A DNA stretch of 26,034 nt. Source: Candidatus Hadarchaeum sp. (lineage in GTDB: Archaea; Hadarchaeota; Hadarchaeia; Hadarchaeales; Hadarchaeaceae). The position numbers and the translations under genes are program-made. The notes under the pieces were generated by a model. The model saw only the letters and a list, made by a program, of their open reading frames with translations. It ran no database searches and had not been told where the DNA came from. This document shows positions 17,899 through 26,034 of the stretch, piece after piece. The stretch is from assembly GCF_038871235.1 (NCBI RefSeq), contig NZ_JAVZIN010000014.1, positions 1 to 26,034 on the forward strand, given 5' to 3'. Within the stretch, counting starts at the first letter, position 1; each line of letters begins with the position of its first letter.

Positions 17899-18438
17899 AT
17901 GCAGGTAGAACTGAAAGACGCATATCTGCTGATCGCACCCCGGCCGATCGTCCTCATCACAACCGTTGACAAGCTGGGGAGGATAAACGCCGCACCAATG
18001 TCTTGGGTGACGCCCGTTGAGTCCGACCCACCAATAGTCGCCTTCTCCACCAGCTATGAGAGCGACACCTACCACAACATATGTGAGACGGAGGAATTCG
18101 TGCTCAACTTAGTTCCAGAAAAAATCAAAAAACAGATGTACCTCTGCAGCAAGAACTTCCCTCGCGGAGTGAATGAGCTGGAAAAGGCCAAGCTATCCTG
18201 GGAGCCGTCCCTAAAGGTAAAACCACCGAGGATCGTTGAGTGCCCCGCCAACCTAGAATGCAAGCTGGACTGGATGCACGAGGGCCCGGAATACGTGGTG
18301 GTGGGAGGTAAAGTCGTGGCCGCACACGCTCAAAAAGACGCCTTTAAAGATGGCAGGTTAGACGTGGCCTCCGTCAGGCCGCTGCTCCATATTTCCGACA
18401 AAAACTTTGTGGTGGCAGAACGCGAGATAGGGCTTTGA
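17899..18438 (+). CDS. Flavin reductase-like FMN-binding protein
   Basis: PRPIVLITT...NAAPMSW, DTYHNI..TEEFVLN, VKPPRIVEC...LEC. Confidence 0.9.
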   Translation: MQVELKDAYLLIAPRPIVLITTVDKLGRINAAPMSWVTPVESDPPIVAFSTSYESDTYHNICETEEFVLNLVPEKIKKQMYLCSKNFPRGVNELEKAKLSWEPSLKVKPPRIVECPANLECKLDWMHEGPEYVVVGGKVVAAHAQKDAFKDGRLDVASVRPLLHISDKNFVVAEREIGL

Positions 18439-18442
18439 TGCC

Positions 18443-19153
18443 ATGGCCAAGCCCGTACGTGTAGCCGATGTCCGGGAAATTATCTACGACGAGAAACGCT
18501 GGAAGATCTTGGACGAAAAAAGGAAAAGGGCCTTGGAATTGATGCTGCCACTTGAGACCTCGGGATTCAGCCCTATTGTTCATGGAAGCGTTGCTCGTGG
18601 TGACGTTGATAAAAACAGTGACGTCGACGTGGTCATACCATACGAGGTGCCTTCCTTTAAATTGGAGCTGGCCCTGCTGAAGGCCGGGTTAACCCCAACC
18701 AAAAGAGAGATTGTGATGGCCACTCCCTGGCAGCTTCCCAAGGCCCATCTTTACCTTGAGGATGATAGATCAGTTACCTTCCCTCTGGTCAAGCCTCGTC
18801 AAACCGAGCTGGAGTTCTACTGGTTCGGCGGCGCGGCTGGAATTGATGAGCTGAGAAAAAAGATTAGAGTTCTAGGCGTTGATAAAAGGCTCATGCTAAT
18901 TGAGCCCACCGAGAAGGGGCACTTGGAGAGCCAAGTGATAGGAAACGAAAGCACCGTGGCTAAAAAACTCGGTGTGAGTCTGGAAATTGTCCGGGAAAGG
19001 GTTCAGGTTCTGACGAGGAGGGCCGAGTTGGGACATACGGGCATCTTCATTCGGAGAGAGCTGGCACCCGGGGAAAACTTCGAGGGGGTCTTCAGGGAGC
19101 TGATGCGGAAAAACCCGGACATGAAGATCGGTCTTAAAGGGAGGCTTCCCTGA
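18443..19153 (+). CDS. Archaeal nucleotidyltransferase-domain protein (COG2413-like)
   Basis: HGSVARGDV...SDVDV (Pol beta motif), EFYWFGG, RVLGVDKRL, ERVQVLTRR...GHTG. Confidence 0.85.
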   Translation: MAKPVRVADVREIIYDEKRWKILDEKRKRALELMLPLETSGFSPIVHGSVARGDVDKNSDVDVVIPYEVPSFKLELALLKAGLTPTKREIVMATPWQLPKAHLYLEDDRSVTFPLVKPRQTELEFYWFGGAAGIDELRKKIRVLGVDKRLMLIEPTEKGHLESQVIGNESTVAKKLGVSLEIVRERVQVLTRRAELGHTGIFIRRELAPGENFEGVFRELMRKNPDMKIGLKGRLP

Positions 19154-20723
19154 ACCTCGAGATAACGAAATCCCTGTCCAGCGCAGAGATGAAATTGCCG
19201 ACGCGGGGCCCGGAATCGCGACCCAGCAGTACCTGGTAGATCGCCTGAAAGAGTTCATTCGGTTTTTGTCCCGTCATCTCAGCCACCGCATAAACGTGAT
19301 TGTGGAGCTCAACCGGGGTGAACTCTCTTTTGCTCAGGTCCTCAGCCAGCTGCCTCAAAGCCTGCCTCTGCTTCGGAGTTAGGCGCTCAACGATTTCAGA
19401 GGGCACCTGTTCTAAGAGTTTGAACCTAAGGTGCTCCGGAGCATATTCCATGACCCAGTTTCTGGCCAGCTCCAGGCGACGCAGGGCCAGCTTTATCTCC
19501 AGCTCGCTGGGGTTGACCAACATCCTCCTCGAGGTCAGTACTTCGATGATCTTCTTCTCATCGTTTGTCACCTGAGCCAGCACCGCGGCAAACCGATAGG
19601 AGACCCTTCTGATGGGCGTCTCAGAAACACGCTCCACCTGGGAAAGCTCATATATGCGCCTCTGCTGCTCCTCCCTCCTGCCCGACTCAGCTTTCTTCTC
19701 ATAGTAAGCGCTCTCGACCAGATCATACTCCTCAATCAGGTCAAGAAGCGGCAGGCCGGGGTCAAACTCCTTCGCCTTCATGGGCTTGCTGCGGAAGATG
19801 AAGTAGCGAAGCACCTCGGGTTCCGCGATCTCCAGCCACTGCTTCAGGGTGAAGACCACGCCCTTGGAGGAGGACAGCTTCTTACCCTTCATACTCACCC
19901 ATTCGTATGGTATGGGGTAAGGCGCCTCGTAGTTGAAGACCCGCTCAGCGATGAGCTTGCCGGTGTCATAGCTTCCGCCGCGCACCGCGTGATCTTTTCC
20001 GAACGGCTCACAAGTGACGCCGAGAAGCCTCCAGCGGGCGGGCCACTCCACCCGCCAGGTGAGTTTAGCGCCGCCTGAGGTGTAGTCAGCTTCTCCCTCA
20101 TGTCCACAGCCCGCGACGTAGTCTGTACCCTCACACCTATAGCTGACATAATCACCATACCAAGAAATGGCCCTCGTCGTTGAGATCCGGCCGCAGTTCT
20201 CGCAGATGGCATCCACAGGCAACCAGCTTTCCGGCAGCGGTTTATCTCGATACTGATTTAAGATGGACCTGATGGTATCGGCTTGCTCAAGCGACTTCCG
20301 GATCAACTCCGTCATTCTCCCCTCCCGGTAGGCCGCAGCACCCGAGTGGACTTTGACCTTGATCCCGAAGTATTTCAAGGACTCGATGAACGGTCGGGAA
20401 AAGTAATCGACAAAGTCACGATAGTCGGGATCGGGTGAGGGGATGTTGGCGTAAGGCATTCCAAGATACTGCCTGTATTTCTCCACCAGCTCGCCCTCGG
20501 TCAAAGGCCAAGGTATGCGCCGCATCGGGTCGTAATCATCCGCACACCACACACACTCCGCTTCAAGGCCCAGCTCCTCCACCGCCCTGCGCACTGCGTC
20601 TGCGATGAAGACGTCGTTGGAGTGCCCTATGTGAACATGGCCGGATATTGAGATGCCGCTGGCGATGACCTGCTTCCCGCCTCGCTTCACCAGCTCATGT
20701 GCCACGGCGTCTATCCAGTGCAT
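19134..20723 (-). CDS. lysS: Class I lysyl-tRNA synthetase
   Basis: MHWID, SGHVHIGH (HIGH), KLTWRVEWPARW, EPFGKDH, KLSSSKG, GPRVG. Confidence 0.97.
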   Translation of the reverse strand: MHWIDAVAHELVKRGGKQVIASGISISGHVHIGHSNDVFIADAVRRAVEELGLEAECVWCADDYDPMRRIPWPLTEGELVEKYRQYLGMPYANIPSPDPDYRDFVDYFSRPFIESLKYFGIKVKVHSGAAAYREGRMTELIRKSLEQADTIRSILNQYRDKPLPESWLPVDAICENCGRISTTRAISWYGDYVSYRCEGTDYVAGCGHEGEADYTSGGAKLTWRVEWPARWRLLGVTCEPFGKDHAVRGGSYDTGKLIAERVFNYEAPYPIPYEWVSMKGKKLSSSKGVVFTLKQWLEIAEPEVLRYFIFRSKPMKAKEFDPGLPLLDLIEEYDLVESAYYEKKAESGRREEQQRRIYELSQVERVSETPIRRVSYRFAAVLAQVTNDEKKIIEVLTSRRMLVNPSELEIKLALRRLELARNWVMEYAPEHLRFKLLEQVPSEIVERLTPKQRQALRQLAEDLSKREFTPVELHNHVYAVAEMTGQKPNELFQAIYQVLLGRDSGPRVGNFISALDRDFVISRFREASL

Positions 20724-20776
20724 GACAATCGAGTAAAGGATTTTATACGCCAGCCTAAAATGGTAGCGGGAAGTCC

Positions 20777-21946
20777 ATGAAGGCTGCTAAGAGGATGGAC
20801 TCAATACCGCCTTCCAGCACCCTCAAGGTTTTAGCTCTAGCTAAGGAACTGGAACGCTCCGGGAGGAGAATAATTCACATGGAAGTCGGCGAGCCTGATT
20901 TTGACACCCCGGCTCACATCAAGGAGGCCGCTAAACAAGCCCTAGACAGAGGTATGACGAAATATACCCCCAGCGCCGGCATTCCCGAGCTGCGGGAGGC
21001 GATCGCTGAGCACTTTGTTAAGCAGGGGATCAACGTTGCCGCGAAGAACGTGATCGTGACGCCGGGCGCCAAGCACGCCATTTTCTGCGCGCTGGCGGCG
21101 GCGCTAGATCCTGGTGACGAGGTCCTGATCCCGAGCCCGTGCTGGACCTACGAGGCGATGGTGAAAATCGTCGGGGGCAAACCGGTGTTCATTCAAGGAT
21201 CGGCGAAAAATGGCTTCAAGCTTGAGGAAGAGAAGCTAAAGAAATCCCTCACCCCAAAATCACGGTTACTTCTACTCAACTACCCAAACAACCCAACTGG
21301 GGCGGTGATGAGCGCCACCGATTTGAAACCCATCCTTGATATCGCCGTGGACCATGATCTCTGGATACTATCCGATGACATCTACAACGTGCTGGTTTAC
21401 GAGGGCGAACAGGGCAATCCACTGAAATTTCCCGGAATGGCCGAGCGGACGATCAGCATAAACGGGTTCTCCAAGGCCTACGCCATGACCGGCTGGAGGA
21501 TAGGTTATGCCGTGGCACCAGCCGACTTCATCGTTGAAATGGCCAAGATCCAAGAGGCCTCCACATCCTGCACTGCCAGCTTCGTGCAGGTGGCCGCAAT
21601 TACGGCGCTGAAGGGGCCCCAAGACTTCGTCGCTGAGATGCGAGCGGAGTACCGCAGGCGCAGGGATGTTCTGGTGGAAGGACTGAACGAGATCGACGGC
21701 ATCGATTGTTTGAAGCCCCAAGGCGCCTTCTACGTTTTCCCCAACATCGAAAAATTGGGAATGAGTTCCTTCGAGTTCTGCGAGTTGCTGCTCAAAAGCA
21801 AGGGCGTGGCCGCGGTGCCCGGCAGTGGTTTCGGTCCCGGTGGCGAGGGACACGTCAGGTTGAGCTATGCCACCTCGATGGAAAACATCAAGCTGGCGAT
21901 AGAGCTGATCAAGGAGTTTGTTGAGGAGATTCCGGCGCATAGGTAG
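20777..21946 (+). CDS. PLP-dependent class I/II aminotransferase (aspartate aminotransferase-like)
   Basis: GEPDFDTP, NYPNNPTG, FSKAYAMTGWRIGY, PQGAFY, VRLSYA. Confidence 0.95.
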   Translation: MKAAKRMDSIPPSSTLKVLALAKELERSGRRIIHMEVGEPDFDTPAHIKEAAKQALDRGMTKYTPSAGIPELREAIAEHFVKQGINVAAKNVIVTPGAKHAIFCALAAALDPGDEVLIPSPCWTYEAMVKIVGGKPVFIQGSAKNGFKLEEEKLKKSLTPKSRLLLLNYPNNPTGAVMSATDLKPILDIAVDHDLWILSDDIYNVLVYEGEQGNPLKFPGMAERTISINGFSKAYAMTGWRIGYAVAPADFIVEMAKIQEASTSCTASFVQVAAITALKGPQDFVAEMRAEYRRRRDVLVEGLNEIDGIDCLKPQGAFYVFPNIEKLGMSSFEFCELLLKSKGVAAVPGSGFGPGGEGHVRLSYATSMENIKLAIELIKEFVEEIPAHR

Positions 21947-22604
21947 CCGTCAGCACCCTTCTTATCTCCTTTGCTTTCTCCTTCCCGATGCCGTCGACCT
22001 GCCGGAGTTCCTCCTCGGAGGCGCACATAACTTTTTCCACCGTGCCGAAGTGCCCCAGCAGTCTCTTGGCAAGCACCACCGAAACTCCGGGAAGACCTTC
22101 AACAATATAGCGCTGACACTCAGGCAGGCTGAACTTTTTTGGCTGCCCGCGGACGGCCACCTCTCTCTTCTCGGACACCTGCTCCCGTCTAGCTATGGCG
22201 ACCAGAATCAGGGCAGTTTCTTTCTCATCCACGGTCGGAATGATTGGTATGCCTACATCCACAGCCAGAGCGGCTAAGGTGCCACTGATGGCGTTGGGGT
22301 GGATCGCCCGCCGATTGTAAAGCCCCTTTCCCTCAATTATCAACACCGGGCGTTCGAAACACTCGCGCAGCAAATTTGCCTGAAGCATGAGGCGCTTGTC
22401 GACTATCGACTGCAGGAAGTCACTGACCGACTTCCGCTCCACGCCGACGCGGTCGCTGAGGATGAAATCTCCCACCTTAAGCTGACATATCTCAAGATCG
22501 ACCCCAAGCTCCCTAAGCTCATTGATAACGCCCGATGCTTCCTCGCGGTGGTCGGCGATGATTTTCAGCTTTTTCCCCTCCAAAACATCAATTTTTCTCT
22601 GCAC
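21909..22604 (-). CDS. ERCC4/XPF structure-specific nuclease with tandem HhH, no helicase domain
   Basis: IIADHRE, GDFILS...VERKSVSDF, LIIEG, LPGVS...LLGHFG, VDGIG; GTG 22604 follows a GGTGG-rich SD. Confidence 0.9.
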   Translation of the reverse strand: MQRKIDVLEGKKLKIIADHREEASGVINELRELGVDLEICQLKVGDFILSDRVGVERKSVSDFLQSIVDKRLMLQANLLRECFERPVLIIEGKGLYNRRAIHPNAISGTLAALAVDVGIPIIPTVDEKETALILVAIARREQVSEKREVAVRGQPKKFSLPECQRYIVEGLPGVSVVLAKRLLGHFGTVEKVMCASEEELRQVDGIGKEKAKEIRRVLTATYAPESPQQTP

Positions 22605-22674
22605 GCCCGCCACCACCCAATAAACTATTTTCCCCTGCGATAAAAAAACCCTCAAGCGCTGAAACGGTGGACGA

Positions 22675-23073
22675 TCACCAAAGCAGTAGTATTGTGTAGA
22701 CCATGACCCAGAAGATGAACCACATAATGTAGTAGGACCAGAACCAGAATTTTGTTTCGGTCTCCTTGTCCTCCGGGCCGCCTTTAGTGACCAAGGTGGC
22801 AAAGAAAAGCCTGAACCCCTTCATGGCGGCCGTTTTCTTTTCCGGCTGGGGCTGCGCCGCGGTCTGAGGTGAAGCCTGCCCAGGTGTCTGGGCCACCGGG
22901 GTTGGCGGCGCCGCCGGTTTTTTCAGGAGATGAGTGGTCAACTTATAAGATGCATAGAGAAAAATAAATGCGACGAGCAAGGCCAGCCAAGCGTTGGGCA
23001 GGAAGCCGGAGATGATGCCTGCCAGTATCCCTGCTCCCGAAAACGTGAGGGTGAGCTTTGCCGTTATGTCCAT
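22675..23073 (-). CDS. Three-TM membrane protein, archaeal EMC6-like
   Basis: AGILAGIISG TM1, TM2, and C-terminal SYYIMWFIFWVMVYT pattern; P/Q/A-rich loop insertion. Confidence 0.65.
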   Translation of the reverse strand: MDITAKLTLTFSGAGILAGIISGFLPNAWLALLVAFIFLYASYKLTTHLLKKPAAPPTPVAQTPGQASPQTAAQPQPEKKTAAMKGFRLFFATLVTKGGPEDKETETKFWFWSYYIMWFIFWVMVYTILLLW

Positions 23074-23093
23074 ATCATGCACCTGGTGATATC

Positions 23094-25031
23094 GTGAAAC
23101 TGTCGATGTCGAGCCTTGACATTATGGTCTGCGTTCGCGAGCTTAAAAACGCTATTGGTAACAGGGTTGAAAATGTCTATGAGATTGAAGGTGCGGTTAT
23201 TCTGCGCCTCTATTCTAAAGAAAGAGGACGCCAAGACCTCGTGATCCAGCCCGGGTGCAGGATACACCTCACGACTCGGGTTTACCAGGCCCCGAAGCAA
23301 CCGACCTCATTTGCCATGTTGTTGAGAAAACACCTTGAAAACGCGGAGATTTTAGACATAGTTCAGCCCGATTTCGAACGCATCGTTGAAATCCGCTTCG
23401 GTGGGGAGGGAAAAATATTAATTGCCGAACTCTTTGGTGAGGGGAACATCGTCCTCTGCGACTCACAAAGGACCATCATTCAGCCCTACCGGACTGCTGC
23501 ATGGAGGCACCGCTCCCTCAAGGCCGGATTTCCCTATCTCTATCCCCCTGGAACCGATGTCGACTTATCAGGGCTCGATGCCGCCGGGCTGAAGGGAAAA
23601 TTAGACGGCGCTCAGGACATCGTCCGAGGACTGGCTGTAAATCTGGGGCTGGGTGGACCACTGGCGGAGGAGGTCTGCGCCCGGGCCTCGGTGGGCAAGG
23701 GGCTGAAGATCGACGAAATCTCTGAAAAGGAGCTGAAGGACATCTTAAACGCCTTGAAGGAGATCCTCTCCTCAGAGCCAGCGCCCTGCATAGTTTACGA
23801 GGGAGACCAACCGGTGGATTTCACACCCTTTGAGTTCAAGACACATCTTGGTCGGAAGGTCAAGAGATTCAGCTCTTTTAACGAGGCCCTTGACGAATAC
23901 TTCAGCACCGTGGCGGTGATGGCCGCCAGTGAAAGTAGGAAGAAGGACTATGAGAGAAAGGTGGAGAGGCTGCTCAAACGGCAGCTGGAACAGCAGCAGC
24001 AGTTCGGGGATCTCTACAAAAGATCATCGGAGTCAAAGAGAAAGGCCGATCTGATAGCCATCCATCATTTCCAGATTGATGAGGCCCGTAAAATGCTTGA
24101 TCAGCTCAGGAGGGCCAAAGGGTGGCAGGGCGCCCTCGAGGCTTTTCAGAAGGCTAAGGAGGCTAGAGAAAGCTGGACGCTGCCGATAAAAAGCGTGGAT
24201 TTCAAGGAGGGGAAGATGGAGGTGGAGCTGGCGGGGGAGACTATAGAGCTTGACCTGAGGGCCCCGGCCTTTGAGAACTCGACCCGTTATTACAAGGAAT
24301 ATCGAACGCTCGCCGAAAAAGCGGTGGGCGCTAGAAAGGCCCTAGAGGAGACGGAAAAGGAGCTTGAGGCCTTAAGGGCCGGGATTCGCGAGATCGAGGT
24401 TCCCCCTCCACCGAAGCGAAGAAAACCCAAGTGGTTCGAGCGGCACAGGTGGTTCATCTCATCGGACGGGCATCTGGTCATAGGAGGGAGGGACGCCCAA
24501 GGCAATGCTGAAATCGTCGAAAAGCACATGGAGCCGAACGATCTTTACCTGCACGCGGAGATCATCGGTGCCCCTCATGTCGTCGTGAAATCTGCGGGCA
24601 AGGAAATACCGGAAACTACCATCGTCGAGGCCGCCGAGTTCGCCGCCATGCATTCGCGTGCCTGGAGGGAGGGTCTGGGCACCCTCGATGTCTACTGGGC
24701 CAAGCCGGATCAGGTCTCGAAGAAAGCACCATCCGGCACCTACCTTCCCAAGGGCAGCTATATCATCCAGGGTAAGAAGAACCTGCTTAAGGTCCCAGTT
24801 AGGGCGGCCGTGGGCGTCATGATGCTGGATGGCGAAAATGTGGTCGTCTGCGGGCCGAAGAGCGCTGTCCAGAAGCACTCGAAGGTGTTTGTTGAGGTCT
24901 ACCCAGGGTCCACAAAGAAATCTGAACTTGCCCGTCAAATCCAGGTGAAATTTAGGATTGAGGGAATCGAAGTACCTGTGGATGAGATAGAAAGAGCGCT
25001 TCCGCCCGGAACTGGAGAAATCAGGGAATAA
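23094..25031 (+). CDS. rqcH: Ribosome quality control protein Rqc2/NEMF (RqcH, NFACT family)
   Basis: MSSLDI, FAMLLRKHL, FERIV, ELFGEGN, coiled coil, KWFERHRWFISSDG...GGRDA, HAEIIGAP, PSGTYL.KGSY; SD GGTGA before GTG 23094. Confidence 0.95.
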   Translation: MKLSMSSLDIMVCVRELKNAIGNRVENVYEIEGAVILRLYSKERGRQDLVIQPGCRIHLTTRVYQAPKQPTSFAMLLRKHLENAEILDIVQPDFERIVEIRFGGEGKILIAELFGEGNIVLCDSQRTIIQPYRTAAWRHRSLKAGFPYLYPPGTDVDLSGLDAAGLKGKLDGAQDIVRGLAVNLGLGGPLAEEVCARASVGKGLKIDEISEKELKDILNALKEILSSEPAPCIVYEGDQPVDFTPFEFKTHLGRKVKRFSSFNEALDEYFSTVAVMAASESRKKDYERKVERLLKRQLEQQQQFGDLYKRSSESKRKADLIAIHHFQIDEARKMLDQLRRAKGWQGALEAFQKAKEARESWTLPIKSVDFKEGKMEVELAGETIELDLRAPAFENSTRYYKEYRTLAEKAVGARKALEETEKELEALRAGIREIEVPPPPKRRKPKWFERHRWFISSDGHLVIGGRDAQGNAEIVEKHMEPNDLYLHAEIIGAPHVVVKSAGKEIPETTIVEAAEFAAMHSRAWREGLGTLDVYWAKPDQVSKKAPSGTYLPKGSYIIQGKKNLLKVPVRAAVGVMMLDGENVVVCGPKSAVQKHSKVFVEVYPGSTKKSELARQIQVKFRIEGIEVPVDEIERALPPGTGEIRE

Positions 25032-25033
25032 AG

Positions 25034-25049
25034 TGGAGCCCCGAGCGGG
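25034..25049 (-). repeat. tRNA 3'-end duplicate (tRNA-Thr-like), putative att site
   Basis: Minus strand reads CCCGC-TCGGGGC-T-CCA, which fits the T-stem 3' strand, acceptor 3' strand, U73 and CCA. No 5' tRNA half nearby; AT-rich DNA follows. Confidence 0.6.
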
Positions 25050-25056
25050 GGCGGCT

Positions 25057-25070
25057 GAAAGTTTATAAAA
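25057..25070 (+). promoter_or_regulatory. BRE-TATA-like promoter
   Basis: GAAAGTTTATAAAA matches the archaeal BRE+TATA consensus and points toward the ORF at 25196. Confidence 0.5.
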
Positions 25071-25195
25071 TCCCTCGATTTTCGGCTCTATTAACTTAGG
25101 CGGCACCGCTCCTTGAAGGAGTTAACCCTTAAAATAACACCCTATCTAAAAATTAAAAAGTCATTAATTTTTTAAAGTTTAAAATTAATTGTTTA

Positions 25196-25636
25196 ATGGT
25201 GCAAAAATTGAGATTGGTACGGAGCAATACACCTTACTCTAATGGACAAAAACTTGGTCCTTCATTTTCCATCGAATACCTTGGGGGGCACCCACAGTAT
25301 ATGAAAAGAGAGCGAGGTACCCTTAAGGTTTTGACTGACAAAATTATTTTTTTAAGTGGACATTTCGGGAAAAAAGAAAAATTTTCCATCCCCCTCAAGG
25401 ATATTAAAAGAGTAGAACTACAACTTGAACATAAAGTTACCTTAGGGAGGATGTTGTTGCTAGGTATCTTTGCCTTTGGAGCTAAAAAAGAAAAGAAGTA
25501 TGTTGTAATAGATTTTAACGTGGCGGGTATGGAGGCGAAAGCCGTATTCGACTTTCCCGGTGACATTGGAGATAGGAAAAAGCAGAAGCTTGTACAAACT
25601 ATCTTGGAAGCAAAAAAATTACTAGTAACTAAGTAG
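25196..25636 (+). CDS. Hypothetical PH-like-fold protein of a type I associate with mobile elements
   Basis: YLGGHP...GTLKV..DKIIF...FSIPLKDIKRV, plus a hydrophobic hairpin KVTLGRMLLLGIFAFGAKK; AT-rich codons. Confidence 0.55.
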   Translation: MVQKLRLVRSNTPYSNGQKLGPSFSIEYLGGHPQYMKRERGTLKVLTDKIIFLSGHFGKKEKFSIPLKDIKRVELQLEHKVTLGRMLLLGIFAFGAKKEKKYVVIDFNVAGMEAKAVFDFPGDIGDRKKQKLVQTILEAKKLLVTK

Positions 25637-25697
25637 AAAAGAAAAGCTTACCAGCATATTCAAGAAATTTACGCAACCGTGCCCGATTGTCTGTATC

Positions 25698-25862
25698 ATG
25701 AACGGAATTAAAGTGATTGTTTTTGATCCACATGGTACAGTAACAAATAGACTTAAATTCAATCCTTCATTAAAAGATAATTTTTACGAGGCAAAATTGA
25801 CATTCAAGAGATCTGAAGGAAATTTACAAAAAAAACAAATTGGCATGAAACTAACGAGTTAA
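25698..25862 (+). pseudogene. Short ORF starting with a degenerate HAD motif I; possible hydrolase remnant
   Basis: Hand translation gives MNGIKVIVFDPHGTV..., 54 aa; resembles IKAVIFDLDGTL but lacks the second Asp and the rest of the fold. Confidence 0.3.
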
Positions 25863-26034
25863 GGCTCTTGATTTTTTAGACGAAACAAGACTTTAAAAAA
25901 GATTATTTTTTACTGCATAAACGAATTAGGAAAGCGTGGAGTGTGTTTCCTCTTAATCACTCAATATTCAACGAGCATTCCACCAAGCAAGGAATATTGA
26001 AACATACTTTATAATAGGAGTTATTAATGAAACG

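Noticed and set aside
19431-20078. Long antisense or alternate-frame ORFs within lysS (also within the aminotransferase, rqc2 and aCPSF1 genes)
   Set aside because: Expected shadows of GC-rich coding strands; no recognisable motifs.
22605-22802. N-terminal extension of ERCC4 as a helicase remnant or frameshift fusion
   Set aside because: It overlaps the EMC6-like gene in another frame and has no helicase motifs.

Overview
Compact archaeal chromosomal segment with euryarchaeal-type gene content. A Hadarchaeota/MSBL1-like source is my impression, not something the sequence proves. Core genes: Sm-rpl37e, PUA-sepF-ZPR1, aCPSF1-psmB, egsA, HD protein, DUF488 plus SPL-like radical SAM, site-2 protease-SAMP-TtuA/NcsA, cutA, flavin reductase, nucleotidyltransferase, class I lysS, aminotransferase, a stand-alone ERCC4/XPF nuclease, an EMC6-like membrane protein and Rqc2. 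RNA genes read directly from the sequence, all on the minus strand: tRNA-Ala(GGC) with a 17-nt intron, tRNA-Val(TAC), tRNA-Ser(GCT) with an 11-nt intron, and SRP (7S) RNA. Accessory DNA that looks AT-richer by eye lies downstream of the tRNA 3' ends; it encodes a membrane-anchored phage-fibre-like protein and a repeat-built secreted protein. At 25034 a 16-nt tRNA-Thr-like 3' end marks the probable left att boundary of an island that runs off the window. Several starts were moved from the ORF track using SD motifs and family N-termini. All family calls come from motif recognition; no database search was run. No single novel system is proven, and the best candidates are listed as findings.
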